Shown piece after piece: positions 36,322 through 45,474 of a stretch of 64,000 nucleotides of DNA; the stretch's first letter is position 1, and every line of letters begins with the position of its first letter. The notes under the pieces are model-generated. The model did no database searches. It saw only the letters and a program-made list of their open reading frames with translations, and was not told the origin of the DNA. The stretch lies in the NCBI GenBank assembly GCA_020632375.1, contig JACKFR010000002.1, positions 118,771 through 182,770 on the forward strand, read 5' to 3'. The DNA is from Candidatus Nomurabacteria bacterium. Its GTDB lineage: Bacteria; Patescibacteriota; Dojkabacteria; SC72; JAHDCA01. The translations under genes and the position numbers were made by a program.

Positions 36322-37740
36322 TTATTCATTCAAAGTCTGAGTCATCAAATCTCCCCAGTCGCTTGCGCTCATAAAAACTATAATCGTATTTTCATCACTT
36401 TCAGATTTGATTCTGTCAATAAGTTCTTCATCTTTGGGGATATAAAGTGTCTTTGTTCCGGTTTGTGAAATCGCTGCTGCATAATCCTTCCCATAAATTC
36501 TATGCTCTTTTGGCACTGACTTTTTGACTGTCATCTTCGGTAACAATACCAAATCGGCTTGGTCAAACGCACCTCTGTAAGCACTCAGTGCGTTACGATC
36601 TTCTCTTTCACTTGATCTCGGCTGATAAATCGCAATGATTTTCTTGTTTTTATACCTTGTTTTTAACGCCTCTAGAGTAGATTTTGCTTTGACTGCGGAG
36701 TGTGCGAAATCATCTATCACGATACTCCCTTCTGTTGAAGTACCAATTATCTCTTGTCGCCTTTTTAACCCCTTAAAAGTTGAGAGTCCTGAATTAATTG
36801 ATTTAATATCGATTCTGAGATGGTGACACACAGCAATTGCGGCAAGACAGTTTTCTACATTGTGTTCGCCTATCATGTCTGTTTCGAAATCTCCAAGCGG
36901 TGAATCATTAAGCAAAACAGTAAACTTTGTATTGTTTTCAGTGTGAATGATATTTGCTGCTAGATAATCAATTGGTGAGTCGATCACAGTTGCTCGATTT
37001 TCTAAAGCATATATTATGCTATCACCATTGTAAGTATTTAAGACTTTTTCATTGTTTTCACCAGAAGCACAGATAAACAAAACTCCTGAGTTCTTTTCTA
37101 CTTCTTTGGCTAGTTTGATGAAAGCATCGATATATGACTGCTCGGTTTTATAGATATTGAGATGATCCCATTTGGTCGAAGATAGAATCGTGTACTTGGG
37201 CTTATAGCTCAAGAATCGGGGCTCCATATCGAAGCTATATACAGAAGCAAATTCATCTCCCTCTAAAACAGAAAAATCACCTCCAGTAGATTTTACTCCA
37301 GTTGGGAAATTAATTGGTTTGCCTCCGACCATGAATGAAGGCTCTTTTCCAGCACATTCAAGTATCCAAGCAATTATTGCAGTTGTTGTTGTCTTCCCGT
37401 AGCTTCCTGTTACAACAATAGAAATATCTTTAACAACGAGTAGTTGCAAAGCATATGCGTATCCTTCAATCTGTTTCCCAAGTTCTTTTGCGTGAATAAA
37501 CTCTTCATTATTTGGGTTGCCAAGAAGCGGAAAGCCTCCGAGAATTACAAGATCAACATCTTCTACCCTACCCTTATCGTACCCTTCATACCATTTTATG
37601 TCGTTTTCATTGAGCAGGCTGAGTGCTGGTTCAAAAACATTTGTGTCAGATCCAGTGACATCCCAGCCTTTTTTTTTCATCATTATCGCAATAGGAGCCA
37701 TTGCGGAACCGGCTATTCCGATAAAATGTACTTTTTTCAT
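36322..37740 (-). CDS. MurC/Mpl-family ligase, closest by motif to Mpl (UDP-MurNAc:peptide ligase)
   Basis: 472 aa. HFIGIAGSAMAPIAIMMKKKGWDVTGSDTNVFEPALSLL resembles, from memory, the E. coli Mpl segment HILGICGTFMGG...VTGSDANVYPPMSTLL. Other motifs are GSYGKTTTT, EGDEF, DDFAHS and QPRSSE (Mpl has EPRSNT; MurC has QPHRFTRT). Confidence 0.7.
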   Translation of the reverse strand: MKKVHFIGIAGSAMAPIAIMMKKKGWDVTGSDTNVFEPALSLLNENDIKWYEGYDKGRVEDVDLVILGGFPLLGNPNNEEFIHAKELGKQIEGYAYALQLLVVKDISIVVTGSYGKTTTTAIIAWILECAGKEPSFMVGGKPINFPTGVKSTGGDFSVLEGDEFASVYSFDMEPRFLSYKPKYTILSSTKWDHLNIYKTEQSYIDAFIKLAKEVEKNSGVLFICASGENNEKVLNTYNGDSIIYALENRATVIDSPIDYLAANIIHTENNTKFTVLLNDSPLGDFETDMIGEHNVENCLAAIAVCHHLRIDIKSINSGLSTFKGLKRRQEIIGTSTEGSIVIDDFAHSAVKAKSTLEALKTRYKNKKIIAIYQPRSSEREDRNALSAYRGAFDQADLVLLPKMTVKKSVPKEHRIYGKDYAAAISQTGTKTLYIPKDEELIDRIKSESDENTIIVFMSASDWGDLMTQTLNE

Positions 37741-37752
37741 CTTTTTTGAGGT

Positions 37753-38502
37753 CTATTTTAATATTGCATCTATCGCATCTGACTTATTCTTGAGCTCTCC
37801 AAAAGTGTGACCTGTTGTTTTTTTATTTCTAACAATTTCTTTCAGTAAAGATATATCGGAGTCCCATGCCCGTCCGTTAAAGAACTGACCTCCTTCAAAC
37901 TGAGTCTTATATAGTGACGCCTCAGTATACACTGTCCCCAGATATGCATAGCGCAATCCCTTCTCTTTTGCGTAGACTATCGCTTGAAGCATCATTCCCA
38001 TACCGAGGTTAGAATTATTTAGTTCAAGCTTATAAAAAGGGTATGCGTAATGTAGGATTTTTTTTGTTTTGTTAACAAGGCAGTAGCCGACAATATATCC
38101 ATCTGTTTTGTATTCGATTACATCAGTCATTGCTCCAGAAGTAAATAGCCATTTAGCTTTTTGAGCTGACATTGTTTTCGGACCGAATTTTTCTGTATAG
38201 AAATCTTTAGCAAGCTTACCTATTTCGTAGGAATAAGTAAAATTCTTCAGTCTGTGAACTTCAAGACTCAAGCTGCTGTTTCTTTTCTGTATTCTCCTGT
38301 TTTCGCTGCTTAATTTGAATTTTCTGAGGTCGACTCTAAAGCTTCTACATAGATAGAAAAGTCTCTTATCAATTCTTGTCGGAAGAAAGCCGTTGTCGTA
38401 AATAAGCTTGAGAGTGTCTTTCGGCTCTTTGACTCCACATACTTGGTATGGATAGCTATAACTTTCGTAATCTGCTGTAAATTCTGAAAAAAACAATTTC
38501 AT
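37753..38502 (-). CDS. ATE/Bpt-family (arginyl/leucyl-tRNA--protein transferase-like) aminoacyl-tRNA transferase homologue
   Basis: 249 aa. NGFLPTRIDKRLFYLCRSFRVDLRKFKLSSENRRIQKR and ...HYAYPFYKLELNNSNLGMGMMLQAIVYAKEKGLRYAYLGTVYTEASLYKTQF parallel bacterial Bpt (NGFRRSG..Y...C..R...F.LS..QKR; SA.Y.F..P....SLG....L......E......YLGY......M.YK..F). The Cys cluster is absent. Confidence 0.62.
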   Translation of the reverse strand: MKLFFSEFTADYESYSYPYQVCGVKEPKDTLKLIYDNGFLPTRIDKRLFYLCRSFRVDLRKFKLSSENRRIQKRNSSLSLEVHRLKNFTYSYEIGKLAKDFYTEKFGPKTMSAQKAKWLFTSGAMTDVIEYKTDGYIVGYCLVNKTKKILHYAYPFYKLELNNSNLGMGMMLQAIVYAKEKGLRYAYLGTVYTEASLYKTQFEGGQFFNGRAWDSDISLLKEIVRNKKTTGHTFGELKNKSDAIDAILK

Positions 38503-39797
38503 TTTTGTGGTTGAGTTTTGTTACTTAAGATCTCTCTAACTACTTCTTGGTCGCTCCAAGGTGTCTCTATTGTACCATCTAGATTCATGCTTTTTTCATG
38601 ACCTTTGCCGCTTATAATTACTATGTCTCCTTCTTGAGCAATTTTAACGGCTTTTTGAATGGCTTCTTTTCGGTTCTTAATACTGAAATAGTCTTTATCT
38701 TCTACTTTGTCATACTTGATAATACCTTGTGCAATCTCTTTATTAATGTTGCTAACGCTCTCTCCTCTTGGGTCTTCTGCTGTTAAGAAAACGATATCTG
38801 CAAACTGTCCTGCAGCTTCTCCCATAAGTGCCCTTTTCGACTTGTCTCGTTTGCCTGCACTTCCAAAAACAACAATTACTTTTCCTTTGCGCTTAATCTG
38901 TGAAGCATAGCTTAACATCTTGTACAAAGCATTCGGGGTATGAGCGAAGTCTACAACTACTTGAAAAGGCTCAGACTGAATCACTTCCCATCTTCCTTCA
39001 ACCCCTTCAACTTCTGCTAATGCTTCGGCGATATCATTTTCATGAACGCCTAGTTGAGAAGCTACTCCAATTGCAGCAAGTGAGTTATAGACGTTGTACT
39101 CACCTGGCATATTTAATTTAACTTTGAACTGCTTCTCTCCTATATTGACTGCAAATGAAGATCCTCGAGAGTTCACTTCGAGACCAGAGGCATAGATATT
39201 GGAGCCTTCTTCCAATCCATAACTTAAAACTTTTAGATCATGCGATCTGGCTTTTTCACTTATTGTGTCAAATATCTCATTAATGTCGTAATTAATAACG
39301 GCGACGCCACCAGGCTTTGTCAGGTCGATTAGCTTTAGCTTAGCTCTCAAATAGTTTTCAAAAGTCTTATGATAGTCAAGATGTTCATGGGTAACGTTGG
39401 TATAAACTGCAAATGAAAACTGAATCCCGTCTGCTCGGTGTTGGTCTAATCCGTGCGAGGTAGTCTCAAGAACTACATATTTAACGCCTTCTTCTTTCAT
39501 ATCTTTCAAAAACTTTTGAAGTGAAGATGGGTTGGGGCTTGTTACGTGAAATCCTGTTGGGTAGTCTTTTCCGCCTATTTTTGCACTTATTGTAGTTATA
39601 AGCCCGACATTTAGTCCAGCCTGTTTCAAGATCTTGTAAATGAGTGTGCTGGTTGTAGTTTTCCCATCGGTTCCGGTTACACCTATTACCGTCATAGATT
39701 TAGAGGGGTTTCCATAGTAAAAGCTGAAGAAAACCGATGATAGCTTATGTCTAAGGTTGAGGATACTTCTTGGTATCAGATTTTTAATTTTTTCCAT
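38499..39797 (-). CDS. murE: MurE-like Mur ligase lacking most of the N-terminal UDP-binding domain
   Basis: 432 aa. FYYGNPSKSMTVIGVTGTDGKTTT places the P-loop at about residue 41, versus about 115 in full-length MurE. Other motifs are TSHGLDQHR, TNVTHEHLDYH, DFAHTPNAL, FGSAGKRDKSKR, TAEDPRGE and SGKGHE. A 4-nt overlap links it to the downstream ATE-like gene. Confidence 0.82.
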   Translation of the reverse strand: MEKIKNLIPRSILNLRHKLSSVFFSFYYGNPSKSMTVIGVTGTDGKTTTSTLIYKILKQAGLNVGLITTISAKIGGKDYPTGFHVTSPNPSSLQKFLKDMKEEGVKYVVLETTSHGLDQHRADGIQFSFAVYTNVTHEHLDYHKTFENYLRAKLKLIDLTKPGGVAVINYDINEIFDTISEKARSHDLKVLSYGLEEGSNIYASGLEVNSRGSSFAVNIGEKQFKVKLNMPGEYNVYNSLAAIGVASQLGVHENDIAEALAEVEGVEGRWEVIQSEPFQVVVDFAHTPNALYKMLSYASQIKRKGKVIVVFGSAGKRDKSKRALMGEAAGQFADIVFLTAEDPRGESVSNINKEIAQGIIKYDKVEDKDYFSIKNRKEAIQKAVKIAQEGDIVIISGKGHEKSMNLDGTIETPWSDQEVVREILSNKTQPQK

Positions 39798-39925
39798 TTG
39801 GCTCGAAATACAGAATCTATAAATTGAGATTCATTAATATATGGTTTTTCTCTTTGAATGATTTATCTTATCTTACCTCTATAGTATATACTAGTGGAAG
39901 AAGATGTATTAGTTATAAAATTAAT

Positions 39926-40675
39926 ATGAAGTTCGAATTCGCTGGTACAACCTGTTATTACAAAGAGATTGGTTCTGGAAAGCCTCTCCTGCTTGTGCAC
40001 GGATGGGGCGGTTCATCTCAAAGCTTACTGTCTCTCGCAAAAAGGTTAAAAGATTCATATAAAGTTTATATGTTAGACCTTCCAGGATTTGGAAAATCTG
40101 AGGCTCCTAAGTCTGCATGGGGAGTCGATGAGTATTCTGCATTTGTGTCAGAGTTTTTAGAACAAGTAATCAAAACTCCAGTAATATATTTTGGACACTC
40201 GTTTGGCGGGGGAATCGGGGTTTATCTAGCTGCAAATCTCCCATCAATGTTCGACAGATTAATTCTGTGCGGAGCAGCTATAATTAGAAATCCCACTGAA
40301 GCAAGAGCTTCAAAAATTATAAAAAAAGTGATCCCTTTTTATTCTTCATTTAAAAAGTATTTTAGACCTGCGAGAAAGCTTTATTATAAAATCTTTTATC
40401 CTCGTTCAGACTTACTAAAGAATGAGCACTTAGAAGGTAGCTTTCGAAAAATCATAAACCAAGACCTGTCATCGTATCTTCCTAAAATCACTACTCCGAC
40501 ACTAATTTTATGGGGAAGCGAAGATAGTTATACACCTGTGAAACAGTCACACATTATCCATGAAGCTATGTCAGGGAGTAAGCTGGAAATATTAACCGGA
40601 GCTTCACATTCTCTGCCACTTGAGCAATCAGAATGGGTTTATAAAAATTTAGTTGACTTTATAGATCGTAAATGA
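39926..40675 (+). CDS. alpha/beta-fold hydrolase
   Basis: LLLVHGWGGS and the nucleophile elbow GHSFGG, with a C-terminal His (GASHSLP). The track starts at TTG 39824; I prefer ATG 39926. Confidence 0.78.
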   Translation: MKFEFAGTTCYYKEIGSGKPLLLVHGWGGSSQSLLSLAKRLKDSYKVYMLDLPGFGKSEAPKSAWGVDEYSAFVSEFLEQVIKTPVIYFGHSFGGGIGVYLAANLPSMFDRLILCGAAIIRNPTEARASKIIKKVIPFYSSFKKYFRPARKLYYKIFYPRSDLLKNEHLEGSFRKIINQDLSSYLPKITTPTLILWGSEDSYTPVKQSHIIHEAMSGSKLEILTGASHSLPLEQSEWVYKNLVDFIDRK

Positions 40676-42105
40676 GCTTCTTGATAATGAGTGTAATTTT
40701 TTCATTAGGACTGCTTAGTTCACTCCCTTGGCTGTACTACCTTCAGGTAAAAGACTATTTTTATCTCCGCGTTGTTTCGGGTTTGAAAGAACAGGGATTA
40801 AAACCGTTATTCTGGTTCTTACCTTTTAAGATCCCTGCGAAAAGCTTACGAAATATTTTGGTCCTCATCATTTCGTTTTTGTCTCTTATTTTAATTGCGT
40901 ATGTGATGAGCTTAAATTCTACAATTGATTATCAAGAGATTTTGATACTTGGTGTTTCAAGTTACTTTTTTTCGAGGCTAGTAGTACTTGTGACGGTTAT
41001 TCTTACTGAACCATTAGCATATTTAAGGCGTGAAATGTTAATCAAGCAGGCTAGTAAAATGGTGCTGAGTTCAAACGCGGTCTTTATCGGTGTTACCGGT
41101 TCTTACGGGAAAAGCAGCACAAAAGAGTTTATAGCTGAAATTCTCGCTTCTGAATTTCATACCGGAAAGTCTGTCGAGAATTATAATTCAGAGGTTGGGG
41201 TGGCAATTTCAGTTCTTAGAAATCTTGAGCCAGATAAAGAGTATTTTGTTTCTGAAATGGGTGCTTATACAAAAGGCACAATAGCTAAATCGGCTTCTAT
41301 TGTGAAGCCTAAAATGGCTGTTTTAACTGGGCTTGGCAACCAGCATTTAGATACGTTTGGTTCACGGGCGAATATCATTGAGGCAAAGTCTGAGCTTTTA
41401 CGCGCACTTCCTCCTGATGGGATTGCATATATAAATATTGATTGCGAAGGATATAAAAAAGCTTTGGAATACTGCAACTGCAAGACAGTTACATATTCGA
41501 TTTCAAATCACTCTGCGGATGTTTTCGCAGCTATTGATCGTCGTAGCTCCAATGAAATATATTTTAGTTTTAAATATGGGGAGATTGAGACTCGGTTTGA
41601 AACCCATCTTCCAGGATTACATAATGTTTTAAACTTGTTACCCGGGATTGCAATAGCTTTGGATCAAGGTATTGAAATCACTAAGATACAAAAGTCTCTA
41701 AGCTCAATCGCACCATTGAAAGGTCGACTCTCCTCTACAACAAGAAGTGACGGGGTCGAAATAGTCGATGATTCATACAATAATAGCTTGATGGGATTTT
41801 CTAGTGCTGTTGATGTAATGAAAATTTATCCTGCTCGAAAGAAGATTCTTATCACTAAAGGAATTATAGAGCTTGGAAAAGAAAAAAAGTCTTCTTATGA
41901 ACATTTGACATCGAAACTACAAGGAACAGATATTAAAGTGTTTACAACTGATCAAGAGCTAGCAAATTGTGGAGAGGGTATCGAGTATGTTTCGTCAGAA
42001 AAGGAGCTCTTGTCAGCGCTCAGTAACATTCTTGATTCAGGAGACCTACTTTTGATTAAGGGGCGATTCTCACCTAATTTCATGAAACAAATTAATCGTC
42101 CATGA
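40672..42105 (+). CDS. MurF-like Mur ligase with an N-terminal three-helix membrane domain
   Basis: Residues 1 to about 115 contain three hydrophobic helices (MSFLIMSVIFSLGLLSSLPWLYYL; ILVLIISFLSLILIAYVMSL; ILILGVSSYFFSRLVVLVTVIL). A MurF-type core follows (VFIGVTGSYGKSSTKE, NYNSEVGV, FVSEMGA, VLTGLGNQHLDTFGS, DDSYNNS). Its ATGA start overlaps the hydrolase stop. Confidence 0.8.
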   Translation: MSFLIMSVIFSLGLLSSLPWLYYLQVKDYFYLRVVSGLKEQGLKPLFWFLPFKIPAKSLRNILVLIISFLSLILIAYVMSLNSTIDYQEILILGVSSYFFSRLVVLVTVILTEPLAYLRREMLIKQASKMVLSSNAVFIGVTGSYGKSSTKEFIAEILASEFHTGKSVENYNSEVGVAISVLRNLEPDKEYFVSEMGAYTKGTIAKSASIVKPKMAVLTGLGNQHLDTFGSRANIIEAKSELLRALPPDGIAYINIDCEGYKKALEYCNCKTVTYSISNHSADVFAAIDRRSSNEIYFSFKYGEIETRFETHLPGLHNVLNLLPGIAIALDQGIEITKIQKSLSSIAPLKGRLSSTTRSDGVEIVDDSYNNSLMGFSSAVDVMKIYPARKKILITKGIIELGKEKKSSYEHLTSKLQGTDIKVFTTDQELANCGEGIEYVSSEKELLSALSNILDSGDLLLIKGRFSPNFMKQINRP

Positions 42106-43358
42106 AAAAAAGAAGAATCTACACATCATACTCCCCTAATACTCGCATAAAAGATCTTCTACTTGATATTGCGATTTTATTTCAGCCGTATAGTTGGTTT
42201 CGGGGTTACTACCCTTCAAAAATCGAGGAATGGTTTCGCAATCAGTATATGACAGACAACGTTTTTACTTACAATTACGCCCGCTCAGCTATATATGAAT
42301 TTCTTCGTGCTGCAGGAATTGGTCAGAATGATGAGGTAATTGTTCCGGCATTTACCTGTGTTGCTGCTATTAATCCTGTTTTATGGACCGGCGCAAAAGC
42401 AGTTTATGCGGATATCGATGAGACGTATCTTTCACCTGGTTTGGGAAGTTTCCAGAAGGCTTTTACCGATAAGACAAAAGCGATTTTTATACAGCATACT
42501 TTTGGTTTGAGCGGAGATTTAGAAAAAACCGTTGATTGGGCTCAAGAGAAAGGGCTTATTGTCTTGGAAGACTGCACGCAGGTTTTAAATCCGTTTTCAC
42601 AGCGGCAAAAGATATTAGGTACTCTTGGCGATGCCGCAGTATTTAGCTTTGGCAGAGATAAAGTTGTTTCTGGTGTAGATGGCGGAGTTTTAGTCGTGAA
42701 TAACAGCGAATTTGTTGAGAAAATGAGAAATCAGCAAGATTTATTAAAATATCCTCCCACATCTTGGTTACTTAAAGAAATTCTTTACCCACTTCTTTGG
42801 GCGAAGATTAAGTTTGGAATGAAATTTGGCAAGCTAGGTAAATTACTTCATTATATTTTCACTAAATCCGGTCTTCTTACTAGAGCGACTGATGCCGATG
42901 AGAAACTTGGTTTAAAGCCATCATACATTCCTGCAAGACTTCCAAATGCATTAGCTAGATTGGCATACAGGCAACTAAACGATCTGGAGGAATTAAATAA
43001 GCACAGAGCTGAAATTTCGTCAATATACGATTCTGGTCTTAAGGCAATCTCTGGAGTTAAGCGCTTTTCATTTCCGGCGGGGACAATTTTATTAAGATAC
43101 CCGCTGTTAGTTAGAGATGCTGAAAAACTGAATAAATACTGTACCGATAGAGGTATTGTACTTGGAGACTGGTATAAGACACCTGTTGCGCCAGCTGAGG
43201 CAGATATTAATGCAGCTGGATATCATTCGGGTGATGCACCGATAGCCGAATCAGTTTGTTCACAGATAATTAACCTGCCTACTTCGATTAACATCAACAG
43301 CAGTGATGCGAAATATATTGTTGATGTGATTAAAGAATTTTACTTAGAAAGGAGCTAG
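42102..43358 (+). CDS. DegT/DnrJ/EryC1/StrS-family PLP-dependent aminotransferase
   Basis: 418 aa with the family pattern (DEVIVPAFTCVAAINPVLWTGAKAVYADID, KAIFIQHTFG, VLEDCTQ, FSFGRDKVVSGVDGG). A 4-nt overlap links it to the MurF-like gene. Confidence 0.78.
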   Translation: MKKRRIYTSYSPNTRIKDLLLDIAILFQPYSWFRGYYPSKIEEWFRNQYMTDNVFTYNYARSAIYEFLRAAGIGQNDEVIVPAFTCVAAINPVLWTGAKAVYADIDETYLSPGLGSFQKAFTDKTKAIFIQHTFGLSGDLEKTVDWAQEKGLIVLEDCTQVLNPFSQRQKILGTLGDAAVFSFGRDKVVSGVDGGVLVVNNSEFVEKMRNQQDLLKYPPTSWLLKEILYPLLWAKIKFGMKFGKLGKLLHYIFTKSGLLTRATDADEKLGLKPSYIPARLPNALARLAYRQLNDLEELNKHRAEISSIYDSGLKAISGVKRFSFPAGTILLRYPLLVRDAEKLNKYCTDRGIVLGDWYKTPVAPAEADINAAGYHSGDAPIAESVCSQIINLPTSININSSDAKYIVDVIKEFYLERS

Positions 43359-43359
43359 G

Positions 43360-44379
43360 ATGGAGTTTCGTGTCGTAACAGATCGCAAGGAATGGAATTC
43401 ATTTGCATTAAAGTTTCCTGACTCGTCATTTATAAGCTCATGGGATTGGGGAGTTTTTGAAAGAGAGATCGGCTCAAAATTTGAAAATTATGGTTTATAT
43501 AATAGCGATGATTTAGTTGCTCTTTTGCCTATTAAGACCGTCAATGCAATTCGAGGAAAATATACTTTACTAAGACATGCACCAGTTGTTGACTGGAGTA
43601 ACGTAGCTGTAGTCCAGTTGATTGTTAATTTCTTACGGGATTATTGTAAAGAAAAGAAATGTCATTTTATTAGAGTGTCTTTACCAAATCAATACGATCA
43701 GAGGCTAGTAGATAAACTTCATGGAATCGGATTTAAAAAAACATTAACTCATGGGGTTGACGGGGCTTTAGCTTTGGCTTTAGATATAACAAAAAGCGAA
43801 GAAGAGCTTTTAAATGAGATGCGCAAAAGCACACGACAAAGTATTAAAAAATCTTTAGAAATTGATCTAGAATGTTATAGCACTACAAGTATTGATGAGT
43901 TTGACGAGTTCTGGGAAATTTTTGAAGATTCAGCTCAAAGAAATCATTGGAGGTCAGCTTATTCACGTAAATATGTTGAAACAGAGTATCGAATTTTCAG
44001 CGAGGCGGGGCTTTCACGGTTATTCTTTACCAAGTATAAAGGTGAGTATACAGCGGCAGGGATGTTCACTTATTTTAACGGACAATCGGTATATCATCAC
44101 AGTGGCTCTTTAACAAAATTCAGAGAACTTCCTTCAATGTATCTCATGCAGTGGGAAGCTATAAAGTACGCTAAATCTATTGGTATGAAAGTTCATAATC
44201 TTTGGGGAGTAGTAGATAAAGACGATACTAAAAGTTCCTGGTACGGTTTGTCACTCTTCAAAAGAGGTTTCGGTGGTTATGAGGTCAGACTTGTGCCCAC
44301 AATGGATTTGATACTTAATCCTTTTGCATACGCTACAAGGACATATGAATGGGTTGAAGCTAAGAGGAAAGGAATATAA
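43360..44379 (+). CDS. FemAB-family peptidoglycan aminoacyl-tRNA transferase
   Basis: 339 aa. N-terminus W..F......F.SSWDWG; later LMQWEAIKYAKSIGMKVHNLWGV and LFKRGFGG, all typical of FemA/FemB/FemX-family proteins. Confidence 0.75.
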   Translation: MEFRVVTDRKEWNSFALKFPDSSFISSWDWGVFEREIGSKFENYGLYNSDDLVALLPIKTVNAIRGKYTLLRHAPVVDWSNVAVVQLIVNFLRDYCKEKKCHFIRVSLPNQYDQRLVDKLHGIGFKKTLTHGVDGALALALDITKSEEELLNEMRKSTRQSIKKSLEIDLECYSTTSIDEFDEFWEIFEDSAQRNHWRSAYSRKYVETEYRIFSEAGLSRLFFTKYKGEYTAAGMFTYFNGQSVYHHSGSLTKFRELPSMYLMQWEAIKYAKSIGMKVHNLWGVVDKDDTKSSWYGLSLFKRGFGGYEVRLVPTMDLILNPFAYATRTYEWVEAKRKGI

Positions 44380-44382
44380 ATC

Positions 44383-45474
44383 TTAGTAAAAGCTAAGCAG
44401 TAGACCGATTATGCTAAAGATCCATGCAAAAAGCCAGAAACGCATAACAACCTTTTCTTCGCTCCACCCTTTTACTTGAAAATGCAAGTGCATAGGAGCC
44501 ATCTTCAGCAACCTTTTGCCAAAAACTCTTCTGTAAATCGCTTGTATGAGAGAAGATCCAACAGTAAGAACAAACATCAATGCAATTATGGGTAGTAGTG
44601 AAACTGCATCAAGAGCTAATGCAATTGTCGATAATAATGCTCCAAGCGCAAGACTTCCTACGTCTGACATTTCAATCCTTGCCGGTTTTATATTGAAATA
44701 TAGATATGCTGCTAGTGAGCCTACAACCGCAGCACAGAGTAACGCCAGAGGCATATTGTGGCGGTTGAGAGCAATAAACATATATGCTGCATAAGCCGGA
44801 ATAAGCATTCCGCTTGCTAACCCATCCATGCCGTCCGCAAGGTTGACGGCATTTGACATTCCTATCACAGCCAAAACAATCAAAATCGGCATTAAGATGC
44901 CAATATGAGTCAGGCCAATAAAGGGGATGCTTATTGAATCCCATCCGAGTCGTGTGTAGATCCACCAGACTACTGGAAGCGAAGATAGTATCTGAATTAT
45001 GATTTTCTCCCCTGCTTGAATCCCAGTGCCGGGATATGAACCAAGTGCGTACCATATATTTTTATATCCCACCCAAGGCAATTCTAGCCACAGGATAACC
45101 CTTTGAAAGTGACTTTTGTGTACCTTTGCAAGAACAATCTGTTTTTTAATTGTTCGCACAATCCGCTTTCTTCCATATATATTCAGTAAGTCATCTACGC
45201 CCCCTAAAGCAGCTGAAAGCAGAAAGACACCCAATGGTACATAAGTATTCCCGTTCCAGTTTGTTACTAATGTAATAATCACTGTTGTTACTATGATTAA
45301 AAGACCACCCATAATTGGTGTACCCGCCTTCAGATAACGTTCTCCGACTAGATGTGAGAAGTCTTTGTCGCCTTGCCTTACAACATTGAATTTGTAGAGG
45401 GTCGAAATTAAAAGCGGAGACCATAGCATTGTGATTATGAAGGAAAGAGATATTGTTAGAAGCAGTTCTTTCAT
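44383..45474 (-). CDS. mraY: phospho-N-acetylmuramoyl-pentapeptide transferase (canonical motif set)
   Basis: 363 aa with KAGTPIMGG, GGVDDLL (DD motif), NAVNLADGMDGL, MSDVGSLALG and KMAPMHLHFQVKGWSEEKVVMRFW. Confidence 0.9.
   Translation of the reverse strand: MKELLLTISLSFIITMLWSPLLISTLYKFNVVRQGDKDFSHLVGERYLKAGTPIMGGLLIIVTTVIITLVTNWNGNTYVPLGVFLLSAALGGVDDLLNIYGRKRIVRTIKKQIVLAKVHKSHFQRVILWLELPWVGYKNIWYALGSYPGTGIQAGEKIIIQILSSLPVVWWIYTRLGWDSISIPFIGLTHIGILMPILIVLAVIGMSNAVNLADGMDGLASGMLIPAYAAYMFIALNRHNMPLALLCAAVVGSLAAYLYFNIKPARIEMSDVGSLALGALLSTIALALDAVSLLPIIALMFVLTVGSSLIQAIYRRVFGKRLLKMAPMHLHFQVKGWSEEKVVMRFWLFAWIFSIIGLLLSFY

Noticed and set aside
39882-39893. Perfect 12-bp palindrome TAGTATATACTA in the murE-like/hydrolase divergent spacer
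   Set aside because: AT-only palindromes of this size are expected by chance many times in 64 kb of AT-rich DNA. No second copy or partner site was noticed.
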